Source of the DNA: Acinetobacter phage Mokit
Direction: 5' to 3' (one strand)
Sequence record: MW388002.1
DNA: 64,000 nucleotides
The notes under the pieces are model-generated. The model had not been told where the DNA came from, searched no databases, and saw only the letters and a program-made list of their open reading frames with translations. Shown here one piece after another: positions 16,766-26,086 of the stretch. Position 1 is the stretch's first letter; every line of letters begins with the position of its first letter. The position numbers were made by a program, and so were the translations under genes.

Positions 16766-18274
16766 TTATTTGATTAATTTTTTAATCAATTCTGCATTAC
16801 GTTTTGCAGCCATCATTTTGTTCTTCCATTCTTTACGTTGAAAGAACACTTTAGTAATTTCTTGTGGAATAATGCCTTGTTTAGTTTTCAAATACATCAT
16901 ACCACTAGGTGAACATGAGAATTCTTCTGATGGACTAGGCGCAATTTTGTTAATAAAATCAGATAACTTTGGAGGCGCAAATTGTCCGGCAATAGTTTCT
17001 GGGCTGATATTAACTTGACGAATAATAGATGGATATAACGATGTTACATCAAATGATACAACATATTTGTATGCGCCAGGTTTAGGTTCTTTAACATATG
17101 CTCCTGAATACGATTGGCGAATATTTGGTTTACTTTCGGGTAAAACTAAATGATCAGCTTTTAAAGAGTTGAACAAAATTGCATCCCAGGTTTTTACTGG
17201 GCTCATTACTGTTGCAATGTTCATTCGTGCATAATAACCCATTGAAATTGATAGATTAATAAATCCACGTTTTGCATCAATTGCTTGAACACAGTACACG
17301 TCAATAATGTTATATGAAATGTAACGTTGATGATTTGATCCACGTAGTTTATCGATTGGGCCGTCATATTCTAATTTGTTGATCCCGGCTTCATACTCTG
17401 CAATATAATCAAGCTTATATGATGGCTGAGACGTGAAAGCAAACTTTTTATACAAATCTAGATAATCGAGAATCATTACTCCAGAAATGTTGAAAATTTC
17501 TTTATCACCGTACATGTTTGTAATAACTTTTGATGTAATCTTACCAAATGGACTTAAACGGGACATGCCTGAAACGCCTAAAACGTTTTTGATTCGATTG
17601 ACAATGTATGGAATATCAAAACCTTCTACGTTCCATCCAGTGAAAATAACAGGTGTGTGTTTTTCCCAGAACTCAACGTACGCCAACAGCATTTCACGTT
17701 CAGATTCATACGATTGATACACCACTTTATCCAAAATATGTTGTGGCACTTCATCACCACCTTCTTCAATTGATTTTGCTGCAAGTTCTTTAGACCATTT
17801 AGTAACACGTCCTCGAGCAGAATTTAGCAAATCAAATACAAAATACTTGTCTTCAATTGAGTCATAATGTGTAATAGCATCAATTTCATACTTTGCAAAA
17901 GTTGGATCTGGGAATTCACCTGCAGTTACCTCAATGTCACAGTTAGCAACACGAATAGCATCGCGACTGTAAGTAATTTCCTTTTTGCCATAAATATCTG
18001 AAATGTATGCAAGTCTAAAGTCATCCATGCCAAGGATTTCTACAATACCACGAGTTTTTTGCATCCAGTCTTTTGCTTCACGAATAGATCCAAATCGTTT
18101 TGGCATACATGGCTTACCATAGATGTCTTTATATTTTGTGTTTGTGCCATCTTTAGCATGAATAAAAAGAGTAGGTTCATATGGAATTTCACGAATTTTT
18201 TCAATGCCATCTTCAACATAACGTTCTTGAATGCGATCACCTGACTGTTCAACAACTAAATAAAAATTAGACAT
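16766..18274 (-). CDS. 43A: DNA polymerase gp43 N-terminal subunit (43A: N-terminal/3'-5' exonuclease domains plus motif A)
   Basis: Colinear with T4 gp43 residues 1-~500 (FYL..E..G..ERY, KYKDIYGK, DIEVT, FTGWN[IV]EGFD[IV]PYI, SFD[LV]TSLYPSIIRQ); ends at TAA where T4 continues. Confidence 0.88.
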   Translation of the reverse strand: MSNFYLVVEQSGDRIQERYVEDGIEKIREIPYEPTLFIHAKDGTNTKYKDIYGKPCMPKRFGSIREAKDWMQKTRGIVEILGMDDFRLAYISDIYGKKEITYSRDAIRVANCDIEVTAGEFPDPTFAKYEIDAITHYDSIEDKYFVFDLLNSARGRVTKWSKELAAKSIEEGGDEVPQHILDKVVYQSYESEREMLLAYVEFWEKHTPVIFTGWNVEGFDIPYIVNRIKNVLGVSGMSRLSPFGKITSKVITNMYGDKEIFNISGVMILDYLDLYKKFAFTSQPSYKLDYIAEYEAGINKLEYDGPIDKLRGSNHQRYISYNIIDVYCVQAIDAKRGFINLSISMGYYARMNIATVMSPVKTWDAILFNSLKADHLVLPESKPNIRQSYSGAYVKEPKPGAYKYVVSFDVTSLYPSIIRQVNISPETIAGQFAPPKLSDFINKIAPSPSEEFSCSPSGMMYLKTKQGIIPQEITKVFFQRKEWKNKMMAAKRNAELIKKLIK

Positions 18275-18317
18275 GATTTCTCCTAAAGGGAATATTTTGG
18301 AATATTGTATACCACAA

Positions 18318-18341
18318 AAAGAGGAAGCTGTCTTCCTCTTT
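18318..18341 (-). terminator. rho-independent terminator (hairpin + T-run on the minus strand)
   Basis: aaagaggaagctgtcttcctcttt; rc is followed by ttttt. Confidence 0.6.
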
Positions 18342-18347
18342 GTTTTG

Positions 18348-18581
18348 TTATTTGGATTCTACTACTGCGGATTTGGTCATTTCTTCACGCGGTACCCAAT
18401 TGTCTTTATCGGTTTTGACATAACACCCAGTGATTAGGCTATACTTGACAGTACGTCCAGTGTTTGATTCATAACTTTTGCATGAAATATATTCTGAAGC
18501 CATTGACCATACAGAAGCTATAGCCAAAATAATTACTGCAATTATAATAGTTGCGATAAACTCAGCTTTGTTTGCACTCAT
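18348..18581 (-). CDS. small membrane-anchored protein
   Basis: ORF trimmed to the ATG at 18579-18581 (TAAcATG junction with regA); TM helix; terminator 18318-18341 downstream. Confidence 0.45.
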   Translation of the reverse strand: MSANKAEFIATIIIAVIILAIASVWSMASEYISCKSYESNTGRTVKYSLITGCYVKTDKDNWVPREEMTKSAVVESK

Positions 18582-18582
18582 G

Positions 18583-18966
18583 TTATGCTCCGACCACATA
18601 TTTAGATTTAAGTGTCCATTCAGATTTCTGAACAGCTTTGATTACACGGAAGTTGTTAGTAACTTCAATTTCAGGCGGAGCATATTCCACTTCAAGTAAG
18701 CCCCAAGTTTCAAGTGTCTTGGCAATAGATACGGTGCGTTGTACATCTTCATCTGAGATTTGAACTACCTTTCCATCAAGGCGCATCATATCTTTGAAGT
18801 GCACAATATAATATTGTGGCTCGCCTGAAATTGGATCTTGCTTCTTTAAGATGTGGCATGACTGATATAAAATTTTATCACGTTGATTCGCAATACCCAT
18901 GCGTGTTAACGTTTCTTTGATTTTAAGGAAATTTTCATTTTGTACAAGTTTAATAGGGATCATCAT
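18583..18966 (-). CDS. regA: translational repressor RegA
   Basis: KETLTRMGIAN..DK[IV]LYQSCHIL.K..YYIVHFK[ED]M.R.DG matches T4 RegA; ATGA overlap with the gene 62 stop. Confidence 0.88.
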   Translation of the reverse strand: MMIPIKLVQNENFLKIKETLTRMGIANQRDKILYQSCHILKKQDPISGEPQYYIVHFKDMMRLDGKVVQISDEDVQRTVSIAKTLETWGLLEVEYAPPEIEVTNNFRVIKAVQKSEWTLKSKYVVGA

Positions 18967-19532
18967 AGCTGCTTCAACTCTTTAATTTCTTTAGGGTTTT
19001 TGGTGATAGATTTAAGGAATTCATCGGTAGCAAGAAATTTTGCTGTAGATAACACCTCATCTAATTTGCCTTTACGAGTTAATAATACTTTATAATCGTA
19101 TGCAACTTGAGGGTTCACTTTATAGTATGCCGACAATAATTTGATAATGTATTGATCTTTAATACCTTCATCAAGTTTTAACGCCTTTGAAAATCTACGA
19201 CCTCGTGGAATAAGTTGCGTCAAATAGTTATAATGTGCTTGATCAGGAAGCCCAGTCATAAACATATTTGCGTTGTACACTGTCGAGATACATTCGATGT
19301 GCTGACTTAACATGTTGTCAATTGCAAACTTTGAATAACTCTCAATATGGCTAACATCAAGTTCACGTTTATCGACATTAATATTATTCAATACAAGGAA
19401 AAACTCATTTTCTGGCTTTTCTTTATATTCTTCAATTAATTTTTTGACTGCATCCCAGTCACGATTAGACCAAGCTATTTGATGAGGATTTAATATTTCC
19501 TCATCATCACCAAATAAACATAACATACTCAT
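18963..19532 (-). CDS. 62: clamp-loader subunit gp62
   Basis: Size (189 aa) and position between regA and 44. Confidence 0.75.
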   Translation of the reverse strand: MSMLCLFGDDEEILNPHQIAWSNRDWDAVKKLIEEYKEKPENEFFLVLNNINVDKRELDVSHIESYSKFAIDNMLSQHIECISTVYNANMFMTGLPDQAHYNYLTQLIPRGRRFSKALKLDEGIKDQYIIKLLSAYYKVNPQVAYDYKVLLTRKGKLDEVLSTAKFLATDEFLKSITKNPKEIKELKQL

Positions 19533-19592
19533 TGTAATTTACTCAATATGAATTATCAGTTAATGCTATTCAAATAATAGCCCGAAGTAAAA

Positions 19593-20576
19593 TTATTGGT
19601 TCACCCATTTCATTTCTTTCAGCAGCTGAATGAATAAGTAAACTAAATGGATTTCTGCATTAGCAGCTAGACCATGCATTTGATTATTTTCACCTACGAT
19701 TTCATACATACGAAGAGCAGATACAGGGTCTACACGAGTATATAATTCATCTAATAATTTTTCGATGAAGACTGCATAGTCTGGTGCATATTTTTTTGCA
19801 AGTTTACGAAGATCTGAGAAACTACCTTTGACACCAGTTGCACCTAAAGCGGTGAGGATGTCATCCATTGATCCACGAGTTTCCATAACCATTGACAAGA
19901 TGCCTTGATCAATAATTCCATTTGTAGAATAATGGTCAAGATCACTAATGGTTTTACGAAAATCTGGGAAGTTTTTCTTTACTAATGCTGCAATAACAGT
20001 AGGTGTTTCTATTTTAATATTTTCATTTTTGCAAATTTCAATACATCGTACGACCATTTGACGCATCATATTTGTTGTGTCATCGCCTACAGGTGAACCG
20101 AACTTAACAACCTTTGCACGAGATTTGATTGGTCTAGAGATACCATCAAGATTATTTGCAGTAATAATAACCGAACAGTTTTTAGCATAAGCTTCCATGA
20201 ATGAACGAAGGTAACGTTGTGCTTCAGCGAGTTGCGGTCGATCAAACTCATCCAAAATAATTACCTTAGGCTTGCCTTCAATTGATTTTGAAGATGCAAA
20301 ACGAGTTAATTCATTTTTGACAAAATCGATACCGATACCAGACCCATTGACGAAAATATATTCTGCACCAATGTCATTACATAACGCAATTGCAACAGTT
20401 GTTTTGCCTGTTCCAGGAGAGTTTGATTGCAATACCAAATGTGGAAGTTTACCTTTAGCAACAAGACCTTTAAAAATTTCTTTATCAGCTTGAGGTAAAA
20501 TACACTCGTCAATTGTAGTTGGACGGTATTTTAATTCAAACATGTGTTCACGATTGTTAATTGATAGTGCTGTCAT
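19593..20576 (-). CDS. 44: clamp-loader ATPase gp44
   Basis: KYRP.TIDECILP...SPGTGKTT...DEFDR colinear with T4 gp44. Confidence 0.9.
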   Translation of the reverse strand: MTALSINNREHMFELKYRPTTIDECILPQADKEIFKGLVAKGKLPHLVLQSNSPGTGKTTVAIALCNDIGAEYIFVNGSGIGIDFVKNELTRFASSKSIEGKPKVIILDEFDRPQLAEAQRYLRSFMEAYAKNCSVIITANNLDGISRPIKSRAKVVKFGSPVGDDTTNMMRQMVVRCIEICKNENIKIETPTVIAALVKKNFPDFRKTISDLDHYSTNGIIDQGILSMVMETRGSMDDILTALGATGVKGSFSDLRKLAKKYAPDYAVFIEKLLDELYTRVDPVSALRMYEIVGENNQMHGLAANAEIHLVYLFIQLLKEMKWVNQ

Positions 20577-20605
20577 AATATATCTCTCTTAGACAATTCA
20601 AATGA

Positions 20606-20619
20606 GGGCCCGAAGGCCC
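20606..20619 (-). terminator. intercistronic C(UUCG)G-tetraloop hairpin (44/45 junction)
   Basis: plus gggcccgaaggccc = minus-strand GGGCCUUCGGGCCC. Confidence 0.55.
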
Positions 20620-20624
20620 ATTTA

Positions 20625-21314
20625 TCAAAAGTTGTGAGTTGAGCCATCTTCTAACGAAATTACATATGACGCTTGTTCACCGACAAACTTTGCAGCATAT
20701 TGTTCACCGACGGCCCATAATTTGACGGTATAGTCAGCCGGAAGAATTTTCATGTTTTCTAAATGAATAATGAATTTAAATTCTTTATCGCCGGTATAAT
20801 CAGCAACTTCAAATGTAGATAATGCTTTAGAGAAATTTGGATCAAGTTCTTTGTTGTATGCAGCAATTACTATTTTGCCATTTTCGTTGCCGATTGATAA
20901 TGTATTAGCACCAAGCCCATGAGAAATTTTCATCAATTGTTTAAAATCTTCACCATTGAGTTCAAATTCTACTGAAGCTGGCGGAAATTTAATTGCGTTT
21001 TTAGGATATACGATTGAATCTAATTCTGCTGCAGGCCAAGTAATTACAGAACGCTTACCTTTAATCGTGATTTCATTACCACTTGATGTGATTTCGGAAT
21101 CTTCACCTGATAGCGATAAGATACTTAAAAACGCATTGAGATCAAAGATTGCGACATTAAATTCAATTTCTTCGCCGGGTGGGAGCATGGTTTCAGCATA
21201 AGTGGCACCAGATGCAGATCGAGTCATTACAAAATCACCGGCTTTAAAATAGATACCAGAGTTAATTGTTGCAAAGTTTTTGAGAATTGATACAAACTGT
21301 TTTGAAAATTTCAT
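20625..21314 (-). CDS. 45: sliding clamp gp45
   Basis: LKNFATINSGI..MTR...G.TYAE colinear with T4 gp45; 229 aa. Confidence 0.9.
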   Translation of the reverse strand: MKFSKQFVSILKNFATINSGIYFKAGDFVMTRSASGATYAETMLPPGEEIEFNVAIFDLNAFLSILSLSGEDSEITSSGNEITIKGKRSVITWPAAELDSIVYPKNAIKFPPASVEFELNGEDFKQLMKISHGLGANTLSIGNENGKIVIAAYNKELDPNFSKALSTFEVADYTGDKEFKFIIHLENMKILPADYTVKLWAVGEQYAAKFVGEQASYVISLEDGSTHNF

Positions 21315-21351
21315 AATTACCTCTTAGTTACTTAAAAATTATATCACATCA

Positions 21352-21726
21352 TTATGCAGTTTGTTTAGCTTCACGTTCTGCAAAACGTTCGATGAAAATT
21401 TGTGCAGCTTGAATTAATACTTCGTCTGGATCTACACAATATGCATCTTCTAGACGACGTAATCCATTAACACGAATTTCTTTTGCATTGTTTTTCGCAG
21501 CATTTTCATTGGCTTTGCTAAGCATAGAAGTCCAAATTTCATTAACTTCTTTATCAAATGAGATATATAACTGTCGTTTAACATCACCCGGAAAATTAGC
21601 GAATTTTGCTTTGACTTCGTCCGGCATCTGCAATGACCATGATTTACGAATACGATTATCTGCAGATTCACCACGAGAATGTTTAGGTTGCAAGTCATTA
21701 ACAGTGATTTCTTTAAAATTTAACAT
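21352..21726 (-). CDS. rpbA: RNA-polymerase-binding protein RpbA-like (positional)
   Basis: 124 aa, position after gene 45. Confidence 0.5.
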   Translation of the reverse strand: MLNFKEITVNDLQPKHSRGESADNRIRKSWSLQMPDEVKAKFANFPGDVKRQLYISFDKEVNEIWTSMLSKANENAAKNNAKEIRVNGLRRLEDAYCVDPDEVLIQAAQIFIERFAEREAKQTA

Positions 21727-21762
21727 TATGTAGAGTACCTTATAACATAGGATGAGTATATT

Positions 21763-21999
21763 TTAAATCAAATTATTAAAAGCAGAATTAATTTGAGTTT
21801 GTCTATGCGGATCGTATATATTTTCAATAACAGCCCACGCTGGGCTCCTATTTGACATAATCTTCATGCGCTCGGTTTCATCCGGAAACGCTTGAACTAA
21901 CCGCGCTTCAGTCACAGTTAGTTCTTGGCCTGAATAAAGATTAATCAATGTCCATGTAGGTATTTCCGGATAAGTTATAATATCATTAAATGGCTCCAT
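21763..21999 (-). CDS. hypothetical protein (45.x region)
   Basis: 78-aa ORF. Confidence 0.45.
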   Translation of the reverse strand: MEPFNDIITYPEIPTWTLINLYSGQELTVTEARLVQAFPDETERMKIMSNRSPAWAVIENIYDPHRQTQINSAFNNLI

Positions 22000-22008
22000 T
22001 GTATACCT

Positions 22009-22209
22009 CTAATTTAAACAAATTACCTTTTCACCTGTCTCATCAAACATCTGCTCAATTGGGTCCCATGTACAAATCGACGCGTGGAAATGAGATTCTC
22101 GTACGCAATTGCCTTCATCATCTGATGCTGTGACAACCTTGCATTTGAGAAGCTCCGGGTGCTTCTCAACTAATTTATTGAGATTGGCTAAGTACTGCTT
22201 GAGATTCAT
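22009..22209 (-). CDS. hypothetical protein (45.2-like position)
   Basis: 66-aa ORF abutting the gene 46 start. Confidence 0.45.
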   Translation of the reverse strand: MNLKQYLANLNKLVEKHPELLKCKVVTASDDEGNCVRESHFHASICTWDPIEQMFDETGEKVICLN

Positions 22210-23891
22210 TACGACTCCATAATTGTAAAACGTCCGACTTTTTTCATCTGCAAATGCTGGCCATAGTCTTGAGGATTATGATCTCTATGCGAAATGATAA
22301 AAATATTCGAATCTTTCATGTTGTTTAAAATTGTTGTTACCGATTTTGTTGCAGCACTGTCAAAGGCGCCGTCAAAAACTTCATCTAAGAATAGGCAAGA
22401 GATCTTGATACCGGATATTTTTTCTGCAATATCACGCCAAGTAAACATTAACGCCAAATCAATTCGTCCTTTTTCTCCTTGAGAAAAAGATGCATATGAA
22501 AAGTCTTCACGACCGCGAGATTTAATTGTTTCTGAAAATTCTTCATCTAATGTGAATGAATAGTCAGCTTCCATCATCTCTAAATATGAATTAATTTGTT
22601 TGTTGAATATCGGAATATATTTTTTGATAATAGAGCCTTTAATGCCTGAATCTTTCAACATTTCGGTAATTACAGATCGCCTTTGTTTTTCGATAACTAA
22701 ATTGCTCTTTTGTTGAATATCGTTGACCAATGACTCTTTGAGTGCATCAATTTCAGAAGTGTTATCAACAAAATCTTTCTTAGCTTCTTCTAAAGCGCTG
22801 TTAATTGTTTTGACACGTTGAACCTGTTGTAATGCCAATTGCCGATTAGTAGCAATTTTGTTTTCTATTACACGAATTTTTTCTCTTGCTTCTAAGTGTG
22901 CTACCTTTCTTGCATGCACCTCTGCATGAATTTCTTTCAGCTCTTCAAATTTTGCAGTCAATTCATTTTTTGATTGTTCAATTTTATCGACTAATGAATC
23001 ATCAGAAAGTAATTGAAGGCAGGTAGGACAAGAACCACCATTCTCATACAATTTTAATACACGTATAGTAGAATTAAGTTCACTTTCTGCACGGACCACT
23101 GCACTATGTGCATTACGGCTTTCATCTGATGGATCTTCGCCTGCATCAATCTGTACAACTTGAAGATTATACTCTTGGTTTTCGGCCTTTATTCGATCAA
23201 TTTCTTGAATTGCTTGCTCTTTCATTGCTTCAAATCTAGCAATGTTATCACCTGAAAGTTTCTTTTGACGTTCAGCTGCCGCGGTTAAAGTTTGGATTTG
23301 TGTTTGAGTATGAGTAATACTCATTTCGATTTTAGCCAGCTCAGCGTTGATATTTCGAATTTCTTCTTTATTCAACTTATCCATATCTGCTAAAACAGAA
23401 ACTTCTAATAAATCTTCAACTAGTTTCCGACGTGCACCTGCAGATAGGCTCATAAATGGCGTATAACCTGCCGTTCCAAGAACTACCACCTGTTTGTATG
23501 AGTTGTAGTTCATGCCAATCATTGTTTCGAATTCACTTTGAAAATCTTTGACACTTGCCGCAGCGTCTAACACAACACCGTCTTTTTTGACTTCGAAGAT
23601 ATTTGGTTTGATTCCGCGTTTAATGACATAAACACTATTGTTATATTCCATTTCGAGTACAACTAACAGCCCCTTCTTATTGATACTATTAAGAAGTTGG
23701 CCTTTCTTAATATCACGAAATGGCTTGCCAAATAGTGCAAAAGTGATTGCTTCTAATAACGTGGATTTGCCTCCGCCATTAGCTCCTGTGATGAGTGTCT
23801 TATGAGCCTTATTAAGCTGTATGATAATGGGCGCGTCTCCTACCGACATAATATTACGGTACTCAATGCTATTCAGTTTAAAAGTTTTCAT
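22209..23891 (-). CDS. 46: recombination nuclease subunit gp46 (Rad50/SbcC-like)
   Basis: N-term GANGGGKST Walker A, long coiled coil, C-term signature/Walker B (LFLDEVFD); 560 aa as in T4. Confidence 0.9.
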   Translation of the reverse strand: MKTFKLNSIEYRNIMSVGDAPIIIQLNKAHKTLITGANGGGKSTLLEAITFALFGKPFRDIKKGQLLNSINKKGLLVVLEMEYNNSVYVIKRGIKPNIFEVKKDGVVLDAAASVKDFQSEFETMIGMNYNSYKQVVVLGTAGYTPFMSLSAGARRKLVEDLLEVSVLADMDKLNKEEIRNINAELAKIEMSITHTQTQIQTLTAAAERQKKLSGDNIARFEAMKEQAIQEIDRIKAENQEYNLQVVQIDAGEDPSDESRNAHSAVVRAESELNSTIRVLKLYENGGSCPTCLQLLSDDSLVDKIEQSKNELTAKFEELKEIHAEVHARKVAHLEAREKIRVIENKIATNRQLALQQVQRVKTINSALEEAKKDFVDNTSEIDALKESLVNDIQQKSNLVIEKQRRSVITEMLKDSGIKGSIIKKYIPIFNKQINSYLEMMEADYSFTLDEEFSETIKSRGREDFSYASFSQGEKGRIDLALMFTWRDIAEKISGIKISCLFLDEVFDGAFDSAATKSVTTILNNMKDSNIFIISHRDHNPQDYGQHLQMKKVGRFTIMES

Positions 23892-24478
23892 TTGAGGCCT
23901 ACTGGAATTTCATGTGCGAATGCATGAACATCGAACTTAGGTAATGGAATGAGATGTGTTTTGTATGAAGAGTATACATTTTCATAGAACTTAATTCTGG
24001 CTTTAATTATATCACGTACCTGATAAAGCGCGATTGGTTTAAAGTCTGTCGCTTCTAATGACGTATTGACATAACGACAATCATCAACAGTTGCAAAATG
24101 AACATGTCCATGGATATTAAATTTGCCACGTAATTCAGAAGGATGCATAGGCGCATGAGACAACCAAAACTCTTTATACTTGACTAGCGCCTTGACATCA
24201 TCAAAAACTTCACATAATTGTTTCATTGATAAATTGTCTGTATCATGGTTACCACAAACAAGAATCTTTTTGCCCGGCCATTTTGCTACTTGTTTAGCAC
24301 GTTCTAAAGTGAATACTGCATCGCCAGTAAAATAACATACATCACGTCTTGTTACTGTGTCATGGTAAACCTTTTCAACATGTTCAAAATGATCTTGTTC
24401 ATCACGAAATTGAGTTCTAAATCTTGCAACGTTACCATGTCCAAGATGAGCATCGCCTAAAAATAATACATTTGACAT
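23888..24478 (-). CDS. calcineurin-like metallophosphoesterase (extra gene between 46 and 47)
   Basis: LFLGDAHLGHGN...FTGDAV...LVCGNHD...HGHVH metallophosphatase motifs; 196 aa; ATGA overlap with the gene 46 start. Confidence 0.65.
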   Translation of the reverse strand: MSNVLFLGDAHLGHGNVARFRTQFRDEQDHFEHVEKVYHDTVTRRDVCYFTGDAVFTLERAKQVAKWPGKKILVCGNHDTDNLSMKQLCEVFDDVKALVKYKEFWLSHAPMHPSELRGKFNIHGHVHFATVDDCRYVNTSLEATDFKPIALYQVRDIIKARIKFYENVYSSYKTHLIPLPKFDVHAFAHEIPVGLK

Positions 24479-24487
24479 AATAACCTC

Positions 24488-25501
24488 TTATTTGGTAGCC
24501 TCAACATATAATAATTTTGACATATCTTTAATTGCAGTAGCGTCGTCAGTAGAGAGGTCCTCGATAGATTCAACATATTCTACAATGAGTTCTGCGAGAG
24601 ATTTCACGGTTGATACATCTTCATCCACTTCTAAAGAAGAACTCGTATCGACACGGTTTACTACCTTTAACTCATGAACTACATTCTCTAATGCAGTTTC
24701 AAATGCACTCAGCCCTTTATCAACCTTAGTTACATATAGGCGTACAGAAAGATCACGATAATTTTCTGGATTAATTTGAGTTGGATAGTCAATGCGTCTG
24801 TGCCACATAGTATCATTTTGGATAAATGAAGATTCTTCAGTATCAGTGTCAAATACCCAGAATCCACGCGGGTCATTCTCATCACCGGCAGTCAATGACC
24901 AAGGAGTACCGATGTATGTAACATTTTTGTTTTTTGAAATTGTATGAAAATGTCCTGACCACACGCGTTTATATGACTTTAAAAAATCCGGTTCAGATCC
25001 ATGTGATTGCATGCCTTTATAAAAATAGAACCCATTTAACTCAAAGTGCCCCATACAAAATTTTGATTTTGACGCCTTGATGAATGCCATTATGTCTTCA
25101 CGATTTTCATCACAAATCCATGGAATAAAGTCAATATCTACACCTAAATTAATAGTTTGAGGCGTATCAATTACTACAACGTGATCTAAATGTCCTAACA
25201 ACTCGGTACATGCATTAGGATGAATTTTCTCCTTGAAGTGCATATCATGGTTGCCTACAACAATTATGACCTTGATACCAGCCGCTTGAATTTCATCAAA
25301 TAGTTTTCTGGCAAATTCAATAGTCTTATGAGTAATTGCTTTACGAACATCAAATACGTCACCTGCTTGTAACCAAGTGTTGATGCTATTTGCTTTAGAA
25401 TATTCGATCGCTTGGCGTATTCCTAACATCTGAATGTTTTGGATCCATGGATCGTCTTGCTTGACACCCAAATGCCAATCTCCTAATTTTAAAAATTTCA
25501 T
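24488..25501 (-). CDS. 47: recombination nuclease subunit gp47 (Mre11/SbcD-like)
   Basis: LGDWHLGVK...AGD[IV]FDVRKAITHKT[IM]EFAR...VGNHD[ML]H colinear with T4 gp47; 337 aa. Confidence 0.9.
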   Translation of the reverse strand: MKFLKLGDWHLGVKQDDPWIQNIQMLGIRQAIEYSKANSINTWLQAGDVFDVRKAITHKTIEFARKLFDEIQAAGIKVIIVVGNHDMHFKEKIHPNACTELLGHLDHVVVIDTPQTINLGVDIDFIPWICDENREDIMAFIKASKSKFCMGHFELNGFYFYKGMQSHGSEPDFLKSYKRVWSGHFHTISKNKNVTYIGTPWSLTAGDENDPRGFWVFDTDTEESSFIQNDTMWHRRIDYPTQINPENYRDLSVRLYVTKVDKGLSAFETALENVVHELKVVNRVDTSSSLEVDEDVSTVKSLAELIVEYVESIEDLSTDDATAIKDMSKLLYVEATK

Positions 25502-25527
25502 TCTAGGGTCCTATAAGGTAATAAAAC

Positions 25528-25556
25528 TATTATATACCATGTTGGTATGTTAGTAA
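25528..25556 (-). promoter_or_regulatory. early promoter upstream of gene 47; -10 within the palindrome ataccaacatggtat
   Basis: rc: TTTACTaacataccaacatggtaTATAATagt. Confidence 0.55.
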
Positions 25557-25584
25557 ACAACACAGGGACCAAAGTCCCTGTAAT

Positions 25585-25932
25585 TTATTTTTGTTTTGAC
25601 GCTGCACGAGCAATATCAAACAATGCTTGACGAGAAGATTTCCACATAGATTCTACAAGTTCATCTGTATATGGTTGACGATAAAAATCACGAAGCTTTT
25701 TGATTGCGTAGATATAACCAGTTTTGTTATTCTTTTCTAGACATTCAGCCGCATGGCGTTTAAGGCGATCTAATTCACGTTTGTTTTTCTTAATTAGCTT
25801 TTCAGCCTTTTGGCGAGCTTGGGCTTCAATACGAGATTGAATTGCTTGAGCGTCAAATGATGCATCGATTTCTTCGAGTTCTTCGGTTCTTGATTCACTC
25901 TCGGTAAATAAGTGTTCAATATTTGCTTGCAT
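25585..25932 (-). CDS. hypothetical coiled-coil protein (occupies the T4 alpha-gt position)
   Basis: 115-aa ORF, terminator-like hairpin 25563-25580. Confidence 0.45.
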   Translation of the reverse strand: MQANIEHLFTESESRTEELEEIDASFDAQAIQSRIEAQARQKAEKLIKKNKRELDRLKRHAAECLEKNNKTGYIYAIKKLRDFYRQPYTDELVESMWKSSRQALFDIARAASKQK

Positions 25933-25936
25933 TGCA

Positions 25937-26086
25937 TTATCCTTGATTGAGTGTTAAGTAAAGACCTGAATCTTGAACATTAAGCGAAAATTCAAGTTCA
26001 GGATCAAATTCAAGTAATTCAGTTTCAGAGGCGAAAAAATCTTTCTCTTCGTTCAATAAATGAGTTAAATCAAATACTTTCTCCAT
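25937..26086 (-). CDS. hypothetical small protein (start uncertain)
   Basis: ORF overlaps the gene 55 3' end; trimmed to an internal Met. Confidence 0.3.
   Translation of the reverse strand: MEKVFDLTHLLNEEKDFFASETELLEFDPELEFSLNVQDSGLYLTLNQG

Noticed and set aside
13815-18274. Intein or homing endonuclease as the cause of the gp43 split
   Set aside because: No Cys/Ser+1 or terminal HN boundaries, no LAGLIDADG/HNH/GIY-YIG motifs in 43A, 43B or the five insert ORFs; the two halves are separately terminated and initiated
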